Part shown: in pieces, positions 12,280 to 24,100 of the stretch
Layout: each line of letters starts with the position of its first letter
Position numbering within the stretch: the first letter of the stretch is position 1
Source: Eledone cirrhosa
Lineage: Eukaryota
DNA: 64,000 bases
Direction: 5' to 3'
Assembly (NCBI GenBank): GCA_964016885.1
Contig: OZ024743.1
Span: 361,460,001 to 361,524,000, forward strand
Notes under the pieces: model-generated
What the model saw: only the letters and a program-made list of their open reading frames with translations
Told to the model about the DNA's origin: nothing
Databases searched by the model: none
Translations under genes and position numbers: made by a program

Positions 12280-14700
12280 ATTCTTCTCTTTGTTTTGTGC
12301 CTCTCCTTTGTTCTGTCCTACGCCATCTTGTTTTTATGTGTGTTGTGTGCTTAGTTTGCGCATGATTACATCCGGGTGTCTGTGTGTGTTTTATACTATA
12401 AGCTGTCTCACCTATGTACACTATATTCTTATCTTTACATTGTCTTTCAGTACATCTTATGCTATATACTATGTTTCTAGTTTTACAGTTAATATGGGAG
12501 GTTAGTTTACAGATTATGCATTTCTTATCTATAAAGGGAGGTCTTTAAAAAGGGTATGTATAACTAATAAGTGTTTTTATGGAGGTACCTGGTCTTTCTA
12601 CTATCTTAATATTTAGTTTAAGTTTATCTAGGGCCCTTCTAATTTGTAAGCTAATTCACCTCTAGGGGTTGTATTGATGAACATTACACTCTGGTATTTA
12701 TCGCTATCATACCATGAGTTTATTCTATTAACCTTATTCCTAGTTCCTTCTATTCTATTCCAAAATTTACTCCTATACAAGGGGCAGGTCCCATTTGTAT
12801 CATTATTTACCATTTTTTCCCATTTGGTTCTGGCTACTCTATATACTCTGATTTTATCTCTCTGATTGTAACCAGAGAACTGCATACGGTGGATGAAGTG
12901 TTGTCTGTGTCTCTCTAGTTATTTGGGGTTGCCCATGCGGGACACGTTTCTCATCACCCGTACCAAATCCGCAATCAGTATGTTAATTTTGGTGTGATCC
13001 GAAACAGCTGAGTTTCGGTGGATAAGATATTTGGAAGTCATGGGTTTGGCATAATGGAAATGGAGGATTTATTTTTTTTGTTATTAATGGTATCTAACCA
13101 GAGCTCTGTGTCTAGTACAGGTAATCGATGGTTGGAGTGTTTGTTTGGGTAGTCTATAGTAACTCTAATACTCTGGTGGATGGAGTTAGCTATTTGCTGG
13201 ATGCTTTCCATGATGTTTTTCTCTAATGACTGTTCTCTAGTGGGATGTATTTACTACGATGTTTATATCATCAATGTAGCGAGAGTACATTATTAGGGTT
13301 AAGAGGTTGCTGTCTTCTAATTGTTCTTTAAGTTTATTGTCCCACCATACCATGAATAGGTTAGCTATGTCACCTACAATGCTAACACCAATGGTTGCTC
13401 CATCCTCTTGGGCATATGTTTTTCCTTTAAATTTGAACATATGTTCCTTAAGGGTTAGTTTTATACACCGCATGTGCAATCATTTTATTTAGTTCATCAT
13501 GGTTTTCGGGGGTCCGTATGGCTCTGGTCCACACGTTCCATCTTTCTGTGTGGGTTTTCTTGGCCATTAAGGTAATGGTAGGTGATCTGCCTCTTGCTGT
13601 CCTTGTCGGGTAGAGGTTGCTAAGGTCATACGTATCTAGATATTCATTACTATAAGTAAGTTTAAGTAGGAGCCCCAGCTCACTGGTATCAATCCCACGG
13701 AATTCAACATTGCTCTCACTGATCATTCCTACGCATTTCTCCACAGCAAAATCCACGTCAATGGATGGGTATAGGGACACAACATCCATATTACCTATTA
13801 TACAGTCTGTTAGATCCCTAGATCGGTTATGTTCGCTGATTCTACTGAGGAGGTCCTCCTTGCTGTCACATATATCCGGGAACATTTCAATGATGGGGTG
13901 TACGGTCAGGGAGATGAAGTAGGAATGTCTGTAGTTACTAGCAATGTTAGCTCCACAGACTGGCCGTGTTGGTGGTCCTGTGACAGGTTACTGTTCGTCT
14001 TATGGTCTTTTCGAAACCCATACAACGCTGGCACGTCATTGTTCCAGGCCTGGAAGTTGTTGGCAGTCCGTTTATTGAGCTGCATTATGTTTGTCCACAT
14101 CATCATATGAGCGTTGAGGGTTTTCTCCCTATCCTCATGCTCTTATGGTGTTACTTCTCTTGTGTTAGTGATGTGGGGTTGCATTGCCTGGATGTTGTTT
14201 GACAGACTGTCAACCGACATTCTGCCAGACTTGTCTGTTGGAAAGCTTGCAATCTCTCCATTACGCGAGCGCTGCATGAGCTTACACAAGCCATTTCCAG
14301 ATGTATCTCCCAGTTGCTGGGCCTCCATTCTATTTTGCTTCTTGCTATACTGTTCTATAATATTTCTAAGTTTATTTCTAGCTCTCGGCCCCAGGGCTAC
14401 CTCCTTACTCACCACCATGGGCGCTGAGCTGGCCAGCCGTAGGTGTGAGCCCCGAGAGTTGGAGTGGCTTTTCCAGCGCGTCTCCCTTGCCGTCCTCCAG
14501 GGAAGCGCCTTGTCCATTCTGTCCGCCGGGGTTGTGGATGGGCCCCATCGCGTACCATTACATTAGTTAAATACCATTCTTTCATCCCAGTAGAGATAAA
14601 TAGCTATATTAAATTGTGCTTCTGTTTGTTTATCGACCTGCGACGGCAATTGCGTGCGTTTGTTAAAAGCTAAAGTCGTGGCGTGGACTCAGTAAGGTGG
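12280..14700 (-). mobile_element. Penelope-like element (second family), fragmented RT and GIY-YIG
   Basis: PTDKSGRM, PALYGFRKDHK, MDVVSLYPSID, QEDGATIGVSIVGDIANLFMVWWD, YSRYIDDI and DYPNKHSNHRLPVLD spread over several frames. Confidence 0.9.
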
Positions 14701-14787
14701 AAGGACATATCGGAAGGATTATAAAAAGTAGAATTCCAGACTGCTGCGTTATGTGTTCTATTGCTATTGTTATTGTTAGTTGTGTTG

Positions 14788-14859
<72 letters not shown>

Positions 14860-15007
14860 GGTTTACCTTATATATATATATATATATATAAGGTAAATAT
14901 TCTGTTTACCTTATATATATATATATAAGGTAAACAGAAATAACACAAACGGTACAGTAATTGGAAGGAATATATTGTTTTAACGCTTGGAATAGCAGGA
15001 AGAGGGT

Positions 15008-15040
15008 GTTAATGTTTCGGACGCCAGTCCTTTATCAGAA
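15008..15040 (-). ncRNA. Decayed minimal hammerhead
   Basis: CTGATAA-a-ggac-tggc-gtcc-GAAA-cat-TA. G8 is changed to A and stem I is not evident. Confidence 0.5.
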
Positions 15041-15137
15041 GAAAGAATGAGAAATTAGTAAAATTGAGGTTACGGGCAGGGCGGTATCGGAAAATATTTT
15101 TTAGAGAAAAATAATAGGCCCGTTCATGATATATATC

Positions 15138-15251
<114 letters not shown>

Positions 15252-15999
15252 CGTGTGTGTTTGTGTGTGTATAATATATATAGTGGGGAATTTAGATCGA
15301 TTTAAGGGCAGTCACAAAAGCCAATGCGATTTTCTGATCAGTTATACATATATGTATGCGCGCGTGCGCGTGCGTGTGTGTGTGTCTTTGTTTGTGTGTT
15401 TGTCTGTACTAAAATACTTTGAAATTGTTCAGGCAGATTTCTAGCCACTGAGACATTATGTAGCACAACATTTCGTTTTGCTTGATGCTTTTCCCTACTT
15501 GTATTCGTGCGATTTTATTACTTCTGTTTAACATTCACGTAAATCTTATTCCATTTGATATATTGCACAGTTTTCTCTGACGTCTCCATTTGTTTATTGC
15601 GTAGCAACTAAAGCAAGAAAATTACAGAAACGTCGGTTTTATGTTTGTGTGATTTGTCGCCGAATCTACGGAACGCTTCCAAAATGTTCTTTTTTGGATT
15701 TAACAATGAATTTTCAAATTATGTATTTAAAAATTGTTAATTTCGAATTTCTTTAATCGCTTTCTACTGAAAGCTTTCGCTTTTTTTTTAACGTTTCACT
15801 TGGAGGATACTAAAAGCATTCGACAAAAATGTTTGTTTTTTTGTGTTGGTTGTTTACGTTTAGAGCCCTAGATTTTAGCTTTCATACTTTCAGAGTCGAT
15901 AGAATTAAGTATAACTTATATACAAGGGTCATAAGGATTGACTGTTCCTAATCCTCACACAAACAGACACACATACATACATACATACATACATACATG

Positions 16000-16030
<31 letters not shown>

Positions 16031-16199
16031 GGTAACCTTTTTATCATCGTAACGGACTATTGTATGCGCCTTGCACTGGAGAAACACCAGGACTCTGGCT
16101 TTACTGTAACACCGGCACAGAGCAGGAGAGTTAAGGTAAAAAGATATCGGATGCTGTATTTGCCGACAACATAGTTTTGGTGACAAATACAGTGAAGGA

Positions 16200-16790
<591 letters not shown>

Positions 16791-17642
16791 GATGTGTATT
16801 TAGGTTTGCATCTATTTGCACGTATGTATATTTTGGTTAGATATCAATATAACTGTACCTCTCTCTATATGTGGTGTGAATATATGCACTTGTAGTCTAT
16901 GAAATTTATGTGTTTTAACTATGCCAACATGTACTTATCTGAGTTTGATTATTTATACATAAATATACTTAGTAATATTTTAGAGCGTATAATATATTAT
17001 ATTATACTGAGTGCAATTTACCACACCATACTGTATTCTGTTGGTTAAGTTGTATATTATCGCATTACTATATCACGTTAATTTGTATATTATCGCATTA
17101 TTATATCACATCATCTTATTATAATTTTCATCTTTTAATATACTATCTTTTCTAGCCATGAAATTAATTTATATTCACCTTAAAACTCAATACAACACTA
17201 ATCACCATTTATTTTGACATTCCTTTTAAATTCACTATACAAGATACATTCAACTATCAGTTTGACAATCCCCTTCCTTCCTAATAGATTTTTATGCCAT
17301 TTCTACTAACGCCTTTCAACCATTCCTTTCAAAGGGTCATGACCTCAACTAAAGTGTATTACTTTTCATCTTAACACCATATGAAAAAAACAATTTGATT
17401 CGTTAGTTCTTCAACTACCCCCAAATATGGACATGATACTAATTCTGAGTAAACTTATTATTGAATAAAATTATTATTGCTTTTGAAAACAGCTGGTGAT
17501 ATGCATGTAAGTAAATATTCTCTCTACCTGATAGTTTGTAAACTTACATAGATCAATAACTGAGTATAGATACAATGTATTATCACCATCTAGAAACGAT
17601 CGTAAAGACTTGTTTTTATTTCATTGTTTTAACTTATATATA

Positions 17643-18157
17643 TATAATAACTAGAAATTGATTAACATATAAATAAACATGAATAATCAAGGAGATAATT
17701 TTTACAAGTGTGTAAGCACACATAGCTAGGTAGGTAACTAAATAAAGTTAACCAGAACTTCAAAAATAGATACCTTATAATATGATTAATCTTCCCTGTA
17801 TATATTCCATTAAAGAAATATATTTCACCAATTAATCGAATGGTAAACCATGGAGGCCGGTACTTGGATTTTCAACAAGGAAGAAGTCCAGCGATCTATG
17901 TTTACACTTCAAGTTCAAATCAGCGACTGGCCAGCAACACGTGCTGTATCTACTAGAAATACACACATCATACCAGCTTCGTCACAGTGGCGCGAATAGG
18001 ATTATCGACAACTATCGTAGTATAAGGTATCTATTTTTGAAGTTCTGGTTAATTTTATTTAGTTACCTACCTAGCTATGTGTGCTTACACACTTGTAAAA
18101 ATTATCTCCTCAGATTATTCATCTTTATATATATGTTAATCAATTTCTAGTTATTAT
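17643..18157. repeat. Inverted repeat, ~135-bp arms
   Basis: 17643-17779 is the reverse complement of 18021-18157. Confidence 0.9.
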
Positions 18158-18285
18158 AAAATGCTCCGACCTATTCGTTAGAATCATAGAGCTTATTTTG
18201 CGGGGATATGGCGCAGGTTTTTCTGGCATGACACCCATAATTTTGATTATCTTAATTTTGTGTGTGTATATATATATATATATAT

Positions 18286-18434
<149 letters not shown>

Positions 18435-18447
18435 AAATTAAGATAAT

Positions 18448-18559
<112 letters not shown>

Positions 18560-18637
18560 AAAAAGGGATGAAATCGAAAATGCAACTGAAGTCTTATTTT
18601 TTTTTAAAATATATATATTTATTTGGTTCCTTATATA

Positions 18638-18713
<76 letters not shown>

Positions 18714-18794
18714 GTTATTCCGGGTTGAATCGGAGGTAACCACAGTAAGTAAGGTAGTCAATACATAGCAGAGTATAACAGTTTTAATATAGAT

Positions 18795-18847
18795 GAGATT
18801 CTACAGGACTAGAACTGTTTCATTCGTTAGAAATCATCAGGAATCTC
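18795..18847 (-). ncRNA. Type I hammerhead (family 7), left arm of palindrome
   Basis: Exact reverse complement of 18849-18901. Confidence 0.8.
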
Positions 18848-18848
18848 A

Positions 18849-18901
18849 GAGATTCCTGATGATTTCTAACGAATGAAACAGTTCTAGTCCTGTAGAATCT
18901 C
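18849..18901 (+). ncRNA. Type I hammerhead (family 7), right arm of palindrome
   Basis: gagattc-CTGATGA-t-ttc-taac-gaa-t-GAAA-cag-ttctagtc-ctg-TA-gaatctc: perfect 7-bp stem I, stem III CAG/CTG, GUA site. Confidence 0.8.
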
Positions 18902-18912
18902 ATCTCTATTAA

Positions 18913-19009
<97 letters not shown>

Positions 19010-19011
<2 letters not shown>

Positions 19012-19128
19012 GGCGTGTGGCTGAGTGGTTAGAGAATTGGATTCGCAATCGTAAGGTTGTGAGTTCGATTCCTGGACCAGGCGATGGGTTATGTCCTTGA
19101 GCAAGACACTTTATTTCACGTTGCTCCT
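19010..19128 (+). mobile_element. Second tRNA-derived SINE family (CORE-like), 3' truncated
   Basis: A box tggctgagtgg, B box gagttcgattcc, followed by tgtccttgagcaagacactt. Confidence 0.75.
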
Positions 19129-19242
19129 TCTACCTGGAGTTGCGACCGATAGATAGTATTAGCAATTGGAAAGACAAACGGAAACATTGTTCCCTCGGTC
19201 CGATTTGACGGAAGCCGATCGTTCCTATATATATTAATAATA

Positions 19243-19432
19243 ATTGTTTCTACTTTTGGCACAAGGCCAGCAATTACCCAGAGCATTACTGGTACTTTAT
19301 TTTATCGACCCCGTAAGGATGAAAGGCAAAGTTAACCTCGGCGAGATTTTAACTCAGAATGGCAAGGGTCGTAACTCTATACGTCAAAGCATGGCATCCG
19401 ACCCTCTACCGATACTGCCAATCCACAGCCCT
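19243..19432 (-). mobile_element. tRNA-derived SINE
   Basis: Reverse complement of the 1087 family. Shares a diagnostic segment (aatggcaag...cgtaactctat) with the copy at 7800. Confidence 0.9.
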
Positions 19433-19559
19433 TATAATAATGAATAATAATAATAATAATGATTTCATTTATTGGCCACAAGGGCCAACGTATAGGGGAC
19501 AATAAAAAAGACTGGGACAGTGGTGTTTTACAGAAAAATCGAATAATAATAATAATAAT

Positions 19560-20915
19560 GATTTCTTTATTAACCACAAGGACATTAAGGGCAGTACAAG
19601 ACAATACAGATCGATACAAATGGGCATTTCTGCGTGTAAAAAAAACATAAACAGAGGATGTTAAAAAAAAGGAACAATTGAAAATTCCCCAATGGGGTGG
19701 GGGGGAGACTTCCGGGGTCCATCGTGGAGAAAGGCCATTAAAAAAGACTCAGTGACCCTGACCACCAGGGCAAGTGCCCTCTCCCAGTTTGTCACCTTCA
19801 ATTTACAGGCACATACTCAGAGTAGGCCCATTCACTCGAGCCATTCTTGCCTCTCTCACCCATCTTTCAAGAAAATGCTGGGAAGAGAGCACTTCCCTCT
19901 CTACCCTGAGTTTCATTTTCAAATAAAATTTGAAAAAGATAATCAGGGCATCACCGAAAAGTTAAGTGCTCGTCTTCAGCTCTTTCAGACGCGTCCACCA
20001 TACTATACTTTCGCCATGGCCACCAGACAGATAAAAACTGTCTGCCCTTCCCGGCTAAAGGAGGAGGGCGGGGCAATCCTCACGATGGTCTCAGCTGATA
20101 GCCGGATCCGTCCTACACGCAACAGCAGGTGTTCGACATGAACCCACAAGTCAGCAATGCTCGGACAGGACCGGCTGACGGCACTTCCATGCCTGTAGAG
20201 TTTATCCCGAACTGGCAAAGCTCCTCGGTAGTACAGCCAGGCCAGGGACTTCTTGAAATTGTCCATAGGCCCCGGCCCGAAAGTTCTTCCGAAGAGATTG
20301 GATAGTTGATTTTCGTGGACACCTAGAGTTTCCTCAAGTACGTCGTCGCTTTTCTCCTCCACTATTCCTCTATAGAACGCCAAGGTGGAGTTTTCCCCCA
20401 TCACATTGCCCGACTAGTCGAGGGCTGTGAGCGCCTGAAGACATTCCAGTCTCCAAGCTTTCCCTCTCGGTCTTCGCTTGACCCAGGACTGCAGCTCCGT
20501 TAAGGAGACGAGCTGGGGAAAGACGCGTCTAGCAAACGGCGACCACACCTGATCACCGTCGAGGAAGAAGTTGAGATGTCGTAGCCTGAGTGCGTGTCTA
20601 AGCATCATCAGCCACAGCATGCCCAGCCCTCTACGTTGCGGGTGTTGACAGCAGATGGACCGCCTGACCATCGGAGCGCGTCCCTTCCAAAAATGCGAAA
20701 GAGCAAACGCTCCAGCGCAGTCAAGCGAGGCTTAGGACAAGGTACGGCGCTCACGCGGTAGTAGATGACGGACGTAATGTACGCATTCGCCATCTCCACT
20801 ATACCTTTCAGGGATAGCTTCCTCTCTGCCCATTTCTGGGTGAGAGAAGCCACCCTGCCCGTCACCTCGTCCCAGCTTTCGTCCGTCTGGAGGTCCGGAC
20901 CGAACCAGACCCCAG
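19560..20915 (-). mobile_element. 5'-truncated Tx1/L1-type LINE (ORF2 C-terminus and 3' UTR)
   Basis: GVWFGPDLQ...KWAERKLSLKG and ALPVRDKLYRHG. Homologous to 21180-22585. Both ends abut (AAT)n. Confidence 0.9.
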
Positions 20916-20954
20916 CAAAAATAATAACAATAATGATAATAATAATAATAATAA

Positions 20955-21145
20955 TAATTGTTTCTACATTAGGCACAAGGCCAGCAATTACCCAGTGCAT
21001 TACTGGTCCTTTATTTAATCGACCCCGTAAGGATGAAAGACAAAGTCAACCTCGGCGGGATTTGAACTCAGATCGTAAAGGGACGTAACTATGCTGGAAA
21101 GCATGGCGTCCGACCCTCTACCGATACTGCCAATCCACCGCCCTT
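20955..21145 (-). mobile_element. tRNA-derived SINE, full length
   Basis: Reverse complement of the 1087/44390 subfamily, with (ATT)n tail. Confidence 0.9.
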
Positions 21146-21146
21146 A

Positions 21147-21177
<31 letters not shown>

Positions 21178-21179
21178 AA

Positions 21180-24100
21180 TGCTTTCTTTATTAACCACAA
21201 GGGTTTACATAAAGTAGACATTAAGGACAGTACAGGACAATACAGGGCGGTACAAATGGGTATTTCTGCGTGTAAAAAAAGAGAGGATATAATAAAAAAT
21301 AACAAGAAAATTTCCCGATAGGGGGGAGACTTCCGAGGGACATTTGTGGAGAAAGCCCATTAAAAGGCCACAGTGACCCTGACCACCAGGGCAAGTGCCC
21401 TCTCCCAGTTTTCCACCTTTAATTTACAGACACATACTCAGAGTAGGCCCATTCACTCGGGCCATACTTGCTTCTCTCACCCATCTTTCAACAAAATGCT
21501 GGGAAGAGAGCACTTCCCTGTCTACCCTGATTTTCCTTTTCAAATGAAATTTGAAAAAGTTAATCAAGGCATCACCGAAGAAGTAAGTGCTCGTCTTCAG
21601 CCCTTTCAAACGTGTCCACCATACTATCTCTTTCCCCATGGCCACTAGACGTAAAAACTGCCTGCCCTTCGCGACTAAAGGAAGAGACGGGGCAATTCTC
21701 ACGATGACCCAGCTGATAGCTGGATCCGTCCTACACGTGATAGCAGGTGTTCGACATAAACCCACAATTCAGCAATGCTCGGACACTGGACGAGTGCTTG
21801 CAGGACGGTTTTTGTCGCCCTGCGCGCATCTCGGACATACCCGGCTGACGGCACCTCCATGCCTGTAGAGTTTATCCCGAACTGGCAAAGCTCCTCGGTA
21901 GCACTGCCAGGCCAGGGACTTCTGGAAGTTGTCCATAGGTTCCGGCCCGAAAGTCCTTCCTAAGAGATTGGCTAGTTGATTTTCGTCGACGCCTAGAGTT
22001 TCTCCAAGTACGTCGTCGCTCTTCCCCTCCACTAATCCTCTATAGAACGCCAAGGTGGAGTTTCCACCGAACACATTGCCCGATTGTCGAGGGCTGTGAG
22101 CACCTGAAGACATTCCAGTCTCCAAGCGCTCCCTCTCGGTCTTCGCTTGACCCAGGACTGCAGCTCTGTCAAGGAGACGAGCTAGGGAAAGACGTGTCAA
22201 GCAAACGGCGACCACACCTGATCACTGTTGAGGAAGAGGTGGAGATGTCGTAGCCTGAGCGCGTGTCTGCGCATCATCCTCCACAGCATGCCCAGCCCTC
22301 CACGTAGCGGGTATTGACAGCAGATGGACCGCCTAACCATCGGAGCGCGTCCCTTCCACAAAAAGGGAAAGAGCAAACGCTCCAGCGCAATCAGGCGAGG
22401 CTTAGGACAAGGTACGATGGTCAGGCGCTAGTAGATGACGGACGCGATGTACGCGTTAGCCACCTCCGCTCGACCTTTCAGGGATAGCTTCCTCTCCGCC
22501 CATTTCTGGGTGGGAGAAGCCACCCTGTTCGTCACCTCGTCCCAGTTTTTGTCCGTCTGGAGGTCCGGACCGAACCAGACCCCTAGCAATTTAACCGGTC
22601 CGTCCGTCCAGCGCCCGACGACGCTGTTGGACGGCATCGACCTGCTTCTCCAGGTGCCGAGCTGCAGGCCCACTAACTTTTCCTGGTTGATCATTGCTCC
22701 TGTCACCGCTTCGTATTCTCTTAGTGTAGTGCCGATCGCCTCGATGTGTTTGGCGTTCGACTTCACTACGGTGACATCGTCGCATATGCTGACACGGATC
22801 TTCCGCATCCTAGTCCGCGTGGGACGCCCCTCTACGTCTCCAGTTTCTGCAGTAATGGCTCGAGAGTCAATACGTACAAGAAGGACGAGAGAGGACATCC
22901 TTGGGGGACCGAGCGCATGATATTGAACGTTTCCGAAAGGTGACCGTTCACTCTCACCACAGAGCAGATGTCGTTGTGCATGGCAGCGATCCAGCCTCTG
23001 AAGAGGGACACAAAGCAAGCCGCCCTCAGGAATGCCGCTATGTAACGATGGTCGACCCTATCGAAAGCTTTCGACTGATCTAAATTAATCAAGGATCCAC
23101 CCGTGCCAGGTTCCCTAGCTACCCTCTCTACGATGTATCGCATGAGGTGGAGGTTGTCGTGGATGGATCTGTCGGGAATGGCGCACGTATGCGCCTCTCC
23201 CACCAGACCACCAACGACAAGCGCCAACCTCTTTGCTAGCACCTTGGCCAAAATCTTGAACTCTGTGTTTAGCAGAGTTATGGGCCTGAAATTATCTATG
23301 TTATCCCCCTTGTTCGGATCCTTTCTCAGCAGCGCCACAGTTCATCCGCTCACATAGCTGGGAATTCTCTCGTTCTGTTGCCAGTTGCAGCAGACGTCCG
23401 TCAATAGGCCTCCGAACAAGTCTGGCATCTTTACGTAAAGTTCATAGGGCATACCATCCAAACCAGGCGATTTACGCCTTGTGCAGCCAGTCATTGCTCC
23501 CGTACTTCAGCGGCTGTTATCGATTTTCGCCTCAGTGGCCAAGAGCCGCGGCAGTCTGTCGAGGTAGTCACTAAAGTCCATCCATCGATCCGGCCCGCCG
23601 CTGCCCCCCGAACAGCTGTGCGAAGTGTCGCTGAAAAGCTTCACACATTTTCCCGGGATCGAGTAGCATGCGCCCGTCGTGGTCCAGCAAAGACCGGATC
23701 GTGACTTTGTTGCCACGACGCGCCTCCGCCACTCGGGCCCATTTAACGGCTTTCGTCCCCTCGTGTCTGAGAGCACGCACCCTAGCTCTGACAACGCAGC
23801 CTTCGTGCTTTGCATTGAAGAATTGGTCAAGGGCCAATTTCGCCGCAAGCACGTCGGTCGCGATGCTTTTGCTAAGCGCCTCGTCTAATTTTCTAACTAG
23901 TTCTCCCTCTGCTCAATTTTGCTCTATTGCTAAAGCCTTACTGAACCTAATGGACTCTATTCTAATCGCTCTTTTCAGAGCAAACCACCACTTTTTGTTT
24001 ACGATGGCCCGCGTCAACGCCCACTTAACTAGTTCGCTAATCCGGTCTCTGTAGGCCTTGCGCGCTGGTAAGGACGCGTTTAGCTTCCAGTAGCCGGGTC

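Noticed and set aside
19010-19085. Possible tRNA gene
   Set aside because: A and B boxes are present, but the acceptor stem is incomplete and the sequence runs into a CORE-like SINE body.
19560-22585. Apparent tandem duplication of a SINE+LINE block
   Set aside because: The two SINEs carry different subfamily-diagnostic segments and the LINE copies have independent indels, so separate insertions fit better.
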